In this document: one piece after another, positions 1-25,099 of the stretch
Numbering within the stretch: position 1 is the stretch's first letter
Layout of the letters: each line of letters begins with the position of its first letter
Assembly (NCBI RefSeq): GCF_009914755.1
Contig: NC_060946.1
DNA from: the human T2T-CHM13v2.0 reference genome, Homo sapiens
Direction: 5' to 3' (one strand)
Length of the DNA: 64,000 bases
The notes under the pieces: model-generated
Databases searched by the model: none
Told to the model about the DNA's origin: nothing
Seen by the model: only the letters and a program-made list of their open reading frames with translations
Translations under genes and position numbers: made by a program

Positions 1-1702
1 GACCAAGAGGCTGAAATAGTCAGCACTGCTGTGCTATGGGGTCCTAAAGTCTGCTGTCCTCCTTCCTGCAGACCAGGGCTGAAGGAGGGTGCCTGGGTGC
101 TCTTGCCATGGGTCCTGGTCCAGCCAAGCATGGTTTCAAACATGACCTGACCCTTAGTCAACCTGGAGGCTGATGTCTAGAGCGGGTGCTGGTGCGTGCA
201 GCACCTGTGGCCTCTGCATCACCCTTAGGGCAGGTCTGCCTCCCGGGCCCATGCACAGAGGACCTGGTCTCCCAGCCTGCAGGTGCCCCTGTGGTGTCCA
301 GGACGACGAGGGGGTCTCTGTGTACTTGGTGGGGCTGGGACCCTCCCACTTCCCACCTCCTTGTGTCCCTCACTCCCCTGTTTCATTCCATGCTGAGCCT
401 CCCCTGCCTTGGGCTCCCTGGGGAGGGGGTGGTGGCAGGAGTTGCCCGAGGGCAGCTCTGCCCATGAGCAGCTGCTCTAGCGGCTCCTCCTGCTGCTGTT
501 CGCCGGGTGCTGCTGACCCCTGCGAGGTAGAGAAAAGGCGTTCAGGTGGTTCACACCCCACACAGGTGCCCCTCACAGGGTCCTCACTGGCGGCCAGCGC
601 TGTGGGTGTGACGATGATGACAAGCCTAAACTGCGCAAGGACTCGTGTCCCGGGCGCTCCATGTGACCACCTCGGGAGAGGTCTCCGGCTTGTCGTAACC
701 CAGGGGAGTGACCCACTGCCTCCTGCAGCTCTTTCAGACCCAGTTGCAAGGAAGAGCTGCATGCTCAACCTGTTGTTGTCCCTGCCGGAGGCCAACCTGC
801 TCACCTTCCTTTTCCTTCTAGACCACCTGGAAAGGTAGCCCAGCTCTCTTGTGGCTGCCCAGGACTCCAGGTCTCCAGGCCGTTGGGGTGCCCCTCTGCT
901 CCCACCAGACCCCCAGCACCAAGGACCTTTTCCCCCGACCCCTGTCTGCAGTAACTCACTGCTTCTAAGGACTAGCACCACTGCCACCCCCACCCCTGCC
1001 TCTCCTCTTTGCCACCCTCCTCCCTCTGCACTGTGGCCTTAACAAAGAGCTCAGAGCTTTGGCCGTGGCCAGCAGTGCACTTGGACCCCCCTCTTCCCTC
1101 CCAAGCACATCATGAAGACCTCCCCATCAGCCCAGAGCTGGCCCCTTGTCCTGGGCCACTGAGACCCAGAAGTACCAAGGCTGGAGTCAGCTTGCAGCAC
1201 AGCCAGGGTCGAGGTCACTCCCTCCCTGAGGACTCTAGCACGGCACAGCCCCTCTGCCTCTCTCCTGGTGGTGGCGTTGAAACAGCACCCTCTGCTTCGG
1301 TCCTCTACAGGGTGGCAGAGAAGGAGGCGGTCAATAAGGTGTCCCTGCACAACCTCGCCACTGTCTTTGGCCCCACGCTGCTCCGGCCCTCCGAGAAGGA
1401 GAGCAAGCTCCCTGCCAACCCCAGCCAGCCTGTCACCATGACTGACAGCAGGTCCTTGGAGGTCATGTCTCAGGTATGGGAAGACAGTCTCCAGCCCATG
1501 CAACCCCAGCCTGACAGAGGTGGCCTCTGCCTGCCCCACCCCCAGTCCTGCCCATCTTCCGACTTGCATTGTATGTGGTGGTGGCTGAGATTCAGAGAGA
1601 GGGACTTGCCTAGGTTTGCATGGATGGGAGTGATAGGGGGTGCCCAGGCCACCTCCTGGTCCTGCTGGTGCACCTTGCTGGGGGCTTAAAACCACCCCAA
1701 GT

Positions 1703-2000
1703 GTTCGGGTGTGGTGGCTCATGCCTGTAATCCCAGCACTTTGGGAGGCCGAGGCAGGACAACTGAACCCAGGTGTTTGAGACCAGTCTGGGCAATGTAG
1801 CAAACCCCATCTCTAGAAAAAATACAAAGAAAAATTAGTCAGGCATTGTGGCACACATCTGTAATCCTAGGTATCTGGGAGGCTGACACAGGAGGATTGC
1901 TTGAGCCCAGGAGTTAGAGGCTGCAGTGATCCATGATGGAGCCACTGTACTCCAGCCTGGGGGACAGAGCAAGGCCCTGTGCATCTCTAAAATAAATAAT
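1703..2000 (+). mobile_element. Alu SINE (old, AluJ-like) in the last BCR-derived intron
   Basis: Dimeric Alu consensus (gtggtggctcatgcctgtaatcccagcactttggg ... actccagcctggg) with A-rich tail. Confidence 0.9.
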
Positions 2001-2700
2001 CACCCCCCACCCAACAAGTCATGCCTTGTCAGGACCCCACCCCACCCCCGTCTCACTGTAAGGGGTTCATGACACCAGCAGGGGTTTCTAGCACCTGAGG
2101 TGGACTTGGGGGCTTGGGCCCCAAAGACCTCCCCACCAGCAGCTGTGAGCCCCCCTCTGAGCCACTCTCCTCTTCCCCACTCTGCGAGGGCAGGACGAGG
2201 TGCTGCTGTACTTCTTGCGGCTGGAGGCCATCCCTGCCCTGAACAGCAAGAGACAGAGCATCCTGTTCTCCACCGATGTCTAAAGGTCCCAGTCCATCTC
2301 CTGGAGGCGGACAGATGGCCTGGAAACCTCTGGCTAATCGGGCCATCTGTAGAGTGGGAATCAAGATTTTCTGAGGCATCCTTGGGCCACCCCCAGGTGT
2401 CAGGCCATCTGCCAAGAGACAGCGGCCCAAAGCAGAAGGACAGGTGGCCTGGGCAGATCCCGCCCAGGTCTGAAAGCCCCAGGCTGGCCTCAGACTGTGG
2501 GTTTTTTATGTGGCCACCCGAGGGCGCCCCAAGCCAGTTCATCTCGGAGTCCAGGCCTGGCCCTGGGAGACAGGGTGAAAGCAGTGGTTTTTATGAACTT
2601 AACTTATAGAGTCCAAAAGATTTCTACTGAATCACTTGTCAAGAAGCGCCCTCTCTGGGGAGAAGGGAACGTGACTGGATTCCCTCACTGTTGTATCTTG

Positions 2701-2706
2701 AATAAA
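2701..2706 (+). terminator. Proximal polyadenylation signal AATAAA in the BCR-derived 3'UTR
   Basis: AATAAA about 420 nt after the stop, followed by GT-rich sequence. Confidence 0.6.
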
Positions 2707-4789
2707 CGCTGCTGCTTCATCCTGTGGGGGCCGTGGCCCTGTCCCTGTGTGGGTGGGGCCTCTTCCATTTCCCTGACTTAGAAACCACACTCCACTTCTA
2801 ACAGGGTTTGAGAGGCTTGGTCAGCACTGGGTAGCGTTTTGACTCCATTCTTGGCTTTCTTCTTTTTCTTTCCAGAAGGATTTTTGTGCAGAAATGGGTC
2901 TTTTGTTGCCGTGTTAGTCCTCCTTGGAAGGCAGCTCAGAAGGCCTGTGAAATGTCGGGGGACAGGACCCCCAGGGAGGGAATCCCAGGCTACGCACCTT
3001 AGGGTTCGTTCTCCAGGGAGAGCGACCTCGTCCCCCGATCCTGACCGCCCTTCCGGCCCACGCTCTCCTGTTTGGCTTCCACAGGCCTGGACTTCTCTGG
3101 CTTCTCTGCCCACACACTCCCTGCCCCCAGTGTCCCTGCCCCTGCCCCAGCACAGGTGACTTCATTTCTGTCCTCTCAGCTCAGTGGACTCGCTCATCTT
3201 TTGTATAAGTCTCCACTTGGTGGCAGCAGCTTGCTGATGACTTGTTTTAAAACTTTCATCCTAAATAACCTTTTGATACTTGAATATTTTTAAGTTTTAT
3301 ACATAGTTTCTAATTTTTTTCCGAACAGATCCAGATACCTAATAAGATGCTGGAATGTAATCCCTGGACAATCCGTGTCCTGGCAGCATTTGGTCTTCCT
3401 CTAAGCGCCTGGCTCCGCTGTTCTCAGGAGTGGGTTCTGAAGTCTCTGGAGAACAGGATACGTGGAGGGTTAGGAAGGGGCCAGGCCTAGAGACGGGAGA
3501 CTCCCTCCCGGAGCAGGTGGAGGCACAGGACCGTTCGCTACCCCATCTGCCGACACCTGCGGGGGAGCCCAGGCATTCTTTGTAAGCCCTCCTGACCACC
3601 TGACTCAAAGAAAACAGAAGCATGGAGGCCGCCAAGTATTTTCAAGAAATAATCCCATGAACATGGCATCACTTTTTTAGAAAGAGGGGCTTGGGGCAGG
3701 CAGAGGAGAGAAGGGAGATCAAACTGAGAGCCAAGTTTCCAGACGGTCCTGCAGGAGGAGAGGATGCAGCTGCCCAGAGGGAAGCAGGATCACATTTAAG
3801 GAAGTGTGTGGGGTCCCTGGATGACACCAGCACCCAGTGCGGCTCTGTCTGGCAACCGCTCCCAAGGTGGCAGGAGTGGGTGTCCCCTGTGTGTCAGTGG
3901 GCAGCTCCTGCTGAACCCACAGCTCACTGGGGAGCCTGACAGTGGGGCCATGTGCCTGACACTCCTCTCTGCTTGTGGACCTGGCAAGGCAGGGAGCAGA
4001 AAACAGAGCTACTTGAAGGCTTTCTGTCTGCGTCTGTGTGCAGTGTGGATTTAGTTGTGCTTTTTACTTGCTGGGAGAGCACAGCCACCATTTACAAGCA
4101 GTGTCACCCTCGTGGGTGGCGAGGACAGAACAGGAGCCTCTGCTCTCTGTACCTATCTGGGCCCGGTGGGCTCCCTTGTCCTGGCTTCCATCTCTGTCTC
4201 AGCGACCATTCAGCCCTGCACAGGAACACATGTTGCTTAGAAAAGCCAAATCCAGCCCTTGTCTCTGCCTCCTCTGGTCTCATGATGTGCATCTGTTACC
4301 TTGAAACTGGAAACCAGTCTATCAATGTCTGTGCCAATTTTTTATTCCCTCCCCAACCTCCTTCCCCATACGACTTTTTATTTATGTAGGATGTGTGCTG
4401 TCTAATGATGGGATGACCACACTTTTCCATGTTCTAAAAGTGCTCCTCTCCCACAGGGTCCCAGGGCTGGTGGTTGCTTTGGGTCTACAGCTACGTCTTA
4501 CCCGCCTCCTGCCTCAACAGCCTGTGTGGTGGCAAAGCCGGTGTGGGGCTGGGGAACGCAGCGTTCTCCAGGAGGGGACCCGGCTCTCCTTCTGCAGTGC
4601 AGGCGAAGGCCTAGATGCCAGTGTGACCTCCCACAAGGCGTGGCTTCCAGACTCCCCGGCCGGAAGTGATGCTTTTTTGCCGCGGGCCCTGGGTTTGAAG
4701 CAGCCTGGCTTTCTCTTGGTAAGTGGCTGGTGTCTTAGCAGCTGCAATCTGAGCTCAGCCACCTACACACCACCGTGGCCGACACTTTC

Positions 4790-4795
4790 ATTAAA
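4790..4795 (+). terminator. Distal polyadenylation signal ATTAAA, probable end of the BCR-like long 3'UTR
   Basis: ATTAAA in ctttcATTAAAaagtttcctgagacg, resembling the BCR mRNA 3' end as I recall it. Confidence 0.5.
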
Positions 4796-6162
4796 AAGTT
4801 TCCTGAGACGACTTGCGTGCATGTTGACTTCATGATCAGCGCCGCTGGGAAGAACCCCAGAGCCGGTGGGGTGGGGCTGGAAGCAGCAGGTGCAGTGATA
4901 GGGCTGGGTGCCCAGGAGGCCTCAGTGCTCAATCAGGCCAAGGTGGCCAAGCCCAGGCTGCAGGGAAGGCCGGCCTGGGGGGTGTGGGTGAGCACAGGCA
5001 GGCACCAGCTGGGCAGTGTTAGGATGCTGGAGCAGCATCCGTAACTCCACTGAGTGGGGTAGTCTGGTTGGGGCAGGGACCGCTGTTGCTTTGGCAGAGA
5101 GAGAGGATCCCCACTGGGGAGAGGCTGTTCTGACTCTGCAGGTGGGACAGGGACAGATGGCCACCAGGGTGACCCGGCTGGTCTTCCTTTGCTATGCTAA
5201 GCCCTGGGACATGGAGGATTCCTGCCACACAGCCTGGGCCTGGGTTCTTACCTGTGGCCACCGCTCTGGCATGAGCCCCTCAGTCTTGGGTGGTTTCTGC
5301 CTGGTCCGGGATTTGGTGTTGCTGCTGAGTCCAGCCTTTCTGCCACCTCCGCATGGGCCGTGGGTGGTGATGTCAGCTGCCTCCCACCTTGGCTTCAGTA
5401 GCTCACCCAGCTTACAGGGGAGCTGCCCTGGGCTGGAGATGGGCATGCACCCTGGGTCCTACTTGAATGAATGCAGCTTGAGGAGACCCGGCCATATACA
5501 CTGGGCCACAGGTTACCCTCGGCAATGCCCACATCAGCCGTCAGCCTGAGCCTCCCCAGGAGAGCAAGGCTCACACGACAAAGGCTGCCCGTGGCCAGTG
5601 AGGTGGCTGAGCCCAGCCAGGACCTTTCTCGGACTCCCGGGATGTGGCTCTGCTCGTGAGCTGCCTGGTCAGCTCTCTCGGGGTGAGAGGGGCTTGTCAC
5701 ACGGGCCCCTGCCTGCAGTGTGACCCTTCTCAGCTTCTCTCAGCAGCCCTGCCTGCAGAGTGTCACCACCACCATGATCATTTCCCTGACACTGCGAGGG
5801 TCGGGGGACGTCCTGGGTAGAGACAGGGCCCGTGGCAGCAGCAGGCTCAGGGGCGCCCTACACTGGTGGGCTGGGGACCTGGTGGAGACCACGCCAAGGG
5901 CTGGACAAGGGGACGAGCCTCCACCCTGGCCTCTCCGCAGGCCTCAGCAGCCCCTCCCACAGGCAGAAGGGTTGACACTGGGTTCTGCCCTCACTGCAAG
6001 AGCTGCAAGTGCCACGTGCTGTTCTGCCCAATCTGGTGTCTGCAGGTGAGGAAAGGACTGCCGCTGGCCCGTTTCTGAGTGTTCAGCACCTAAGGGTGAC
6101 AGCACTGTCTGTCCCTACCCTCCGGGTCCTGTTTGAAGATCAAACCCATGCTCACAGGACAA

Positions 6163-6445
<283 letters not shown>

Positions 6446-6865
6446 GCCACAGAGCCCTATTGCATCTCTCTTACTAGGAGCAAGAGCTGACTGCCCCCTC
6501 ATCCCCATTCCAGAGTGTTGGGGCTGTGTTGAGCCGAGGCCGGGCCACTGGCATGGCTCAGGGAGCGGGATCATTCACTGCTGCCCCAAATCTGAGATCA
6601 TTCCACCTTGACAAGACTTCCTCATCCAATCCCTTTACTTGACAGCTGGGGAAACCAATGCGCACAGAGCACCCCCAGCTCACTCGGGGTCTCGGAGCTG
6701 ATCCATGAGCGGAGGCTGAGATCCTGGGATCTTGTCCCCCAGCCTCCCGGCAAGCTTACTCCCTTTCTGCTGAAAGAGATGGGGCCGGACCTCGACCAGC
6801 AGCCCTGGCCTGGACATGACTGTGCTCATGCAGGTATTGAGGCCGAGACGCCCTGGCATCATATG

Positions 6866-9930
<3,065 letters not shown>

Positions 9931-10549
9931 AGGTCTGTCTGCAGAGGCCCGGGCCTGGGCACAAAGGGAGAGAGGCCTCCATTGTCCCGCAGGGGCCGAA
10001 ATGCAGACGGTGCATCCCCGGTGACCTCGGGGACCCTTCTCTGATCACCAGGATTCTCTTGGACTCTAGGGTCCTTGTCCTGCTCAGGCATCCCTGCCCC
10101 GCTCTCCTTGAGGGCCCTCAACACTATCTTCCCTGGACACAAGTCTGGGGACAGCCGGGTGTTGTGGACCCCAAAGGGGTGACTCCCGGCTCCTGGGCCC
10201 CACAGAGAGTCCATGTTCTCAGTGCAGTGGCTGAGCTGGAGGACGCCCTGGAACTCGGAGCACACAGCACTGGCTTGCTGTGGTACCTGTGCAATCAAAT
10301 TGAAGGCAGGATCCCAGGAAGGAACGCAGGGCTTGCAGGATCACCGAAAACCTTCTTAGAGTTGTCTTGACACCACTGATGTCAAGTGTCCGGGTGCTTG
10401 TAGGATGGCCTGCCACTCAGTCCACGGGCAGGAGCAACGGGGAGATCCCACAAGCAAAGTGAACTGGGGGATGGGCTGAACGGGCTCCAGGCAACTGAGC
10501 CCTACTGGCAGGTCCTCGGCCTGGGCCCGAACAGGAAGGAGGGGCACAG

Positions 10550-10939
10550 AGTGCCCAGGTAACCGCTCCTGGGAGCAGTGGGGAACCGTCGGTTGCTTGA
10601 ACTCTCGAGAGCTGGGCTCTGAGCGTCCTCGTCCAGCCGCCAACTCCGCCAAAGGCTAAGCCAGCAGTTTCTTCTGTTGCCGGGCAACGCGCCTTTTAAA
10701 CCTGAGGGAGCGGGCGCGTGAGCGCATCACGGCGCCCGTGACAGAGCGAGCTTAACGGATTAATAAGCGCAGCCAGGTACCCGCGCGAGGCACTTGCTGG
10801 CAATGGCGGGAGGCGGACGTGGGGGGTCATGCAATAGGTACTGGAAGGAGAGAGGCGGGCACAAAGGTCGCGGGAGGAACAGGTGCCCACAATGGTGGCA
10901 GATCTGCCCGTGGATCACTGAAGATTCCTGCTCTCCTGC

Positions 10940-10945
<6 letters not shown>
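10550..10945 (-). promoter_or_regulatory. CpG-rich putative promoter of the POM121L transcript
   Basis: Dense CpGs; RFX X-box palindrome GTTGCCGGGCAAC 10676-10688; TATA-like TTTAAAAG on the minus strand ~10693-10700; MYB core TAACGG 10753-10758; YY1-like CAATGGCGG at 10801. Confidence 0.55.
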
Positions 10946-13270
<2,325 letters not shown>

Positions 13271-13298
13271 AACTTTGAAATGAAGTTAGAAATGTACA

Positions 13299-13300
<2 letters not shown>

Positions 13301-13350
<50 letters not shown>
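13301..13350. repeat. (TTA)n microsatellite at an Alu tail
   Basis: Perfect TTA run preceding a minus-strand Alu. Confidence 0.95.
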
Positions 13351-15129
<1,779 letters not shown>

Positions 15130-15622
15130 TGAAGTGACAAGTTCTCTTCTCTTTTCCTTCTGCCCCTCATCACCTTTTTCTTCCTCATTTCTTTTTTGAA
15201 TTTTGCTGTCTTGAATTGGTGTCTAAAGGATGACATAGCAGACAAGGGGACTGACACATGAACTCTCATGAGTTACTGAGGAGTTTCTCAGTGCTCTGTC
15301 TGCATCATCTGCTCGCTCTCTCCTTCCTAGGTGCTAGCCTGCCAACCTGCTTTGAGAAATTGGAAATGAATTGGGGGGTAATCAGCCTCCCCTTGTACAT
15401 GTAGGGACCGCATCTCCAATGCCTTGCTTTACATAATGACGAATGGTGTTTTGCTTACCTACTTCCACACAAACTGCTGATATAGTTAGGATTTGGGAAA
15501 GGGGAAGAAGGGAATTTTGGGTTTTGAGGAGTAGCTGGGGCTTGAACAAAGAAGAGGTAGTAATGAACATTCCTGGGGTGAGGCAATTAGTTAGCTGAGG
15601 GAGAAGAAGGCATATAATAAAT

Positions 15623-16217
15623 TAGGGATTGACAGACTGTCTGTAAAGGGCCAGATAGTAAATGTTTTAGTCATTGAAGACCTTAAGGTCTCTGTTGCAA
15701 CTAATCAACTCCATCATTGTAGTGCAAAAGTAACCACAGCCACTACAGATGTGAATGAATGTGACTATGTTTCAATAACATTTTCTTTTTTTCTTTCTTT
15801 TTTTTTTGAGACAGTGTCACTCTGTTGCTCAGGCTGGAGGGCAGCAGCCTGATCACAGCTTATTGCAGCCCTGACTTCCCAGGCTCAAGTGATCCTCCCA
15901 CCTCAGCCTTCCAAGTAGCTGGGACTACAGGCACAAGCCACCACGCCCCACTAATTTTTGTATTTTTTGTAGAGGCGGCGTTTCACCATGTTGGCCAGGC
16001 TGGTCTTGAACTCCTGAACTTCTGGGCTCACGCTATCCACCCTCCTTGGCCACCGAAAGTGTTGGGATTACAGGCATGAGCCAGTGTCCAGCCCAAAATA
16101 GTCTTTTGATTTTTTTTCCCCAACCATTTAAAAGTTCAAAACATTCTTAGTTTTTGGGACGAAAAAAAACAAGTGATGGGTCAGATTTGGCCCTGGATTG
16201 TGGTTTGTTGACCCCTG
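15623..16217. mobile_element. MER58-type hAT-Charlie DNA transposon fossil interrupted by a minus-strand Alu (~15785-16095)
   Basis: ctgtaaagggccagatagtaaatgttttag at the left end and cagatttggccc...gttgacccctg at the right end match MER58 as recalled. Confidence 0.7.
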
Positions 16218-16489
16218 TCATAGAGGAACAGGAAGCAGAGAGGACTGGTTATAGGGCCTGGGAAACCAAGCCAGGGAGTTAGACTTAAGGTAGTGTGAAA
16301 GAGGAAACCATTTTTGTAATGTAATGAAAAATTTAAAGGAAGGATATTTTGTATTTATATGTGTTCCTGGAAAATCTCATTTTATTCAAAACATATTTTC
16401 ACTATGGAAAATTTCAAACATTTACAAAGTAGAGAGAATAATTTAATGAAATACCAAGTGATGTATTTATCACCTACCTTCAACAATTA

Positions 16490-18790
<2,301 letters not shown>

Positions 18791-20348
18791 CCCTTCCATT
18801 CCAGGCCAGTGGGGTGACTCATGCAGAGTAGAGGGAGTTGATGAGAAGAGAAAGGGAGAGACACATAGTTGCCAGTATTTTTCAGCAGTAATTCATGCTG
18901 TTCACATCATACCTTTGATTTTTGTCTGTTTTTCAAGTAACAGGCTGAGGCAGAAGAATCACTTGAACCCTGCAGGTGGAGGTTGCAATGAATTGAGATC
19001 ACGCTATTGCACTCCAGCCTGGGCTACAGAGCAAGACTCCATCTCCAAAAAAATGAAAATTAAACATAAGTAAATGTGAATTTCAGATAAATAGCGATGA
19101 CTCTTTTGGTCTAAGTATACCCTAAATGTTGTCTGGATAAAAGACACTTAGGTGAGTGCTGTGGCCAGGAAGGCAAGAGGGATGGGGGACCAACCAGCTA
19201 GAGACAAGGGAAGGTATCACTAAGGACACGGCAGTGGAGCTGAGTCCTGAAGTGACACACGAGCAGTTATTTCTCAGGGAAGAAAGTGGTAAGGGGTTTT
19301 CAGGGGTAGGAACAGTAGGAGCCAAAGTGTGGGTATGTGAGAGTGTGTGACTATGTGTGCACGTAAAATGGAAATGAGACGGAGGGATGGGTTGGAGCCT
19401 GGATTTGAAGAAGCAGGTATCGGCGCTGGGGTATTTGGCCTGGGACAGTGAGGCATTATTTTACAGAAGAGTGGCCTGGTGGGATGTGTGCTTTAGAGTG
19501 TGGACACACAGCTGTGGCACAGAAGGATTGCTGGCAGGGGAGGGCGACAGGAGGCTGCCAGAGTTGTCCAGCTGGACTTCTTCCCTGACACAGACAGGCT
19601 GGCATAGGATTGGTGTGGTAGTGGGGATGGGAAGGAGGGAATGCCGCGAGGTCAGGAACTTCCTCCAGTCGCCAAGAGGCGTCTTGACCGTTTAAAAATG
19701 TCTCTGAAGACTTAGCACACCAAGGCCCCCTATAGTCCCAGGGTATAGGCCACCCTTGGGATTAGAAAGAAACCCCTGGGAGCTGTGGTGGGGTGGGTGT
19801 GGCTGTTGGAGGTGCCCCTATTCAGACTCTTGCTCTACCATTTGCTTTGGGATCACCTTTTACAGTGGATCGGATATTATAATACCCACTTCTTATGATG
19901 AAAAGGAACTGAATGAGTGTGGAATCCCTAGGACCCCGCTGGAATATAATGGGCCCTCGGGGTTTAGTTTCTTTCCCTCTTGCCGGTGAGGTTTGAGAGG
20001 GACTGGAGAACAGTGGATTTCGACCATCCATTTGGGGTTGTCAGTCTGTGCCAGGCCAGCTGGAGACTACAAAACGGAGGTACAGGTAAGCAATGAGGCC
20101 CTGTGGTTCATTCTCAGATTTCATTCCGGGAGATCAGAGAGAGCCCTTTCTGGAACTGTATCCTTTCTTGGGAAATATGGGTGGAAATCCGAGGGCCCTG
20201 TGCATAGATTTTCCCTTCTCTTTCAGCTCTGCCAGCTGCCAGAACTGTGGCTTTCTCAGCAGATTGTCTGTACACATGAGACCTTATTTACGGAATGATT
20301 TACAGAAAGACAAACCCTTCCTTCCAAGTTTAACCAGTCCCCTTATAC

Positions 20349-20881
<533 letters not shown>

Positions 20882-20980
20882 GGAAAAATAACTTCTTAGC
20901 ATTTTTATTAATTTCTTTTTAACCTAACCAGTGAAATGCTTGTTGAAAAAAAGACTTCATTTTTACTAAACTGAATTTGA

Positions 20981-21355
<375 letters not shown>

Positions 21356-22064
21356 AATTATAAGCTTTTTAGAAAGGATTTTTTCTAAGGGTGGGGTTTC
21401 TGAGTCACTGAAATAACTTGCCATCCCTGACCTTGGACTGTTACACCATTTTTCCTTTGACCTTTGATCTGTGATGAAGTAACTTCTGGAAGTGGGATAT
21501 CAGGAGTTATGTTCTTGTTGGTTTACACATGTTATTTTTTACAAGAACTCTATAAACTAGATTTTATCAGTTCTTTTTTATAGGAGAAGAAACAGATTTG
21601 TAGATACATAAAGTGATTAAGTGATTTGTCCAGAGTCACACAACTTGGATGGCAGAACTGGAGCTTGAACTCAGGTCTCTTGACCTTTAAGTTCAGTTCT
21701 CTACTCACTGTATGGGAGACCCGGAAGGAGATTCTTTTGGTGTGTCACATAGCCTTACCATTGCTCTGTCCTATGTAACGTCATCAATTATGTGAATTAT
21801 CTGACATTACAAGAGTCAGAAGGTGTCGTAGAGATGCCTTAGAGTCCAACTTCCTTTTTATTGTAGATGAGAATACTGGGTGGCCAAGTGACTTAGATTG
21901 AAGACAGCACTTGTTAGAAGGAAGACTAATGGGTTTCAAGTCAAAGTCAGAATTTAAAAGTATCCTAAATGCTGGAAACTTGAGCTGATTTACCAAATGA
22001 AAATTTTAACAGATAAAGGTTTAGATTTTTTAGAATATAGATTACACAGCAGTGAAGAGGAAAC

Positions 22065-22156
22065 GCTGGGCATGGTGATGTGCTCCTGTAATGCCAGCAA
22101 CTTGGGAGGCTGAGGCAGAGCTCGGGCTGTAGTGTGCTATGATAGAGAAAAAAAAT
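22065..22156 (+). mobile_element. Short 7SL-derived monomer (FAM or 7SL-like fragment) with an internal deletion
   Basis: Alu-like 5' part followed by gggctgtagtgtgctatgat, a 7SL/FAM motif absent from dimeric Alus, then an A-run. Confidence 0.55.
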
Positions 22157-22251
22157 TAAGAAGAAAAGGAAAGAAGTGGGATGTTGCTTACTGTACAGTT
22201 TTTTCAACATTTCTGCATGTTTGTAAAATTTCATAATAAAACATTAGGGGA

Positions 22252-22667
<416 letters not shown>

Positions 22668-23372
22668 TTAGATTAAGGTAGGAGCAGCTCAGTTTCTAGA
22701 TCGAGGGAAATAATAGTCTTGCTGAGCTCTGTGCTTGCCAGACCAGATCTGTCTTGTATCTGTGCCCACTTCCGATGTGCCTGTCATACTTTGATGCCAG
22801 TGGACACAGGGTACTGAAATCTAGAGGAGTGGATGGGGAATGTGTGGTGCTGACTTGGAAGGAGGGCCAATTTAGGGAAACTCCATGGTGGTCTTCAGAT
22901 ACTGGGGGAGTTGTGGAGCGAGAGTGGTAGTTTTATTCTTAATATAAAGCTTAGATTAAGGGAGAGCAAAGACATTACAGGGAATTAGATGCCCATTCTG
23001 TTTTCCTCATCCCTGACCCTCCCATTCTGTATCTTCAGTACAGCAGCGCAGGTTAGTCTTTGGGAACTGCAAGTCAGGTTATAGGACTGCACGGCTTTTA
23101 TTCACCGTCCTGTGTCACATGAAGCCCAGGGCTTGACTGGTCTTCTGGCCCTTGCCGACAAGTCCTCATTTTGACATTTCTGTATTCTAGCCATACTGTA
23201 TTCTAGCCAAGTCATTAGAGTTCTTCAGTTGAACCTGTGTTTACTCTCATACCTTCGAGGTGTACCTCCTACTTTGTTGCCCAAAGTAAGGCAGAATTGG
23301 GGATCTCTCTGCTTCCATTGTATCCTGTACATATACTTGCCCTGTTTTTTGTTTTTCAAAGCAGGTTCATAA

Positions 23373-23753
<381 letters not shown>

Positions 23754-24738
23754 TGTCCTAGTCTTTATATGCCCATATATTTGGGTCCTCCTTGACTAGG
23801 TTCCCAGAGAATTGATGCTTGGCTTGCCTGGACACGGAATAAACGTTTATTGATAAATAAATGTTGTGCCCACAATGACTTGTCTCATAACTTTTTAGTA
23901 GTCAGGATCCTCCCACAGTAGACTCTTGTAACTACAAGAATTTTTTTTGTCGATGTTGCACGTAGAGTTTCCTGTAAAATGGCTTCCAAGATATTTTTCA
24001 TTTCTAGTAAAGAGTCTGTGAGCCGAGTTTTAAATAGTATTACGTCTACCTTATGTGGTAGGTAAGAGACAGCCCTTTGTTTTCCTCAGGAGGTTTTAAT
24101 TATATGATCTCCTTGTAGAAGTAAAGGAAACTCTGGAGCTTCCTGTGTGGCTGTGAATGTGTAATTAGCTTTGGGCAGGGCTCCCAGAGCTGTGAACCCT
24201 GTCCTGAGGAGCACTGGGACATTCTAGTGAGCGTTCAGGCCACCCAGATTGCAGCCTTGTAAATGAAGGGTTTATTTCTCTAATGAGAGTGGTTTGTGTC
24301 TTCACCCAAATAATATTTTAATATTAAATTATGGCAAATATTTTAAATTTAAAAGTAGATATATATAAATTAGTATGATTTTTAAAATAATTTCAATAAT
24401 TGTTTTAAAAAGTAATTTTAATACATGTCAATAATTTATTTTAGACTTAAGGGGTACACGCACAGGTTTGTTGCATGGGTATGTTGCACGATGCTGAGGT
24501 TTGGGGTACGGATCCCGTCACCCAGGTAGTGAGCATAGTTTTTCAACTCATGCCCATCCCTCATTCCCTTCTTCCAATTAGTATGATTACAACTAAGAAT
24601 TTTACTTTTACAGCTCTAATTTAATACATATGGATCTAGACCTGGCAATAAATATTCTGCTCTAAGAAAGGTTTTATGTTAAATAACATGGTAGTTAGTC
24701 CCTTCAAAATAAAAAATGTTGATTAAGAATACCAGCAC

Positions 24739-25099
<361 letters not shown>

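Larger units (their letters stand above)
729..4815 (+). pseudogene. BCRP3: Unprocessed BCR pseudogene: last three exons (C-terminal RhoGAP region) plus 3'UTR; likely begins upstream of the window
   Basis: AG/GT-flanked exons at 729-834 ([36 protein letters not shown]) and 1311-1473 ([54 protein letters not shown]), then a terminal exon from 2194 (DEVLLYFLRLEAIPALNSKRQSILFSTDV, TAA 2281-2283). These closely match the BCR C-terminus with several substitutions. The paralog name is inferred from neighbouring genes. Confidence 0.88.

Noticed and set aside
173-1803. Long ORFs 173-838, 370-993, 1009-1689 and 1051-1803
   Set aside because: Only the parts overlapping BCR exons are meaningful; the rest is GC-rich intron read-through or antisense frame.
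22065-22156. Functional 7SL (SRP) RNA gene
   Set aside because: Only ~80 nt, internally deleted, and lacking the S domain.
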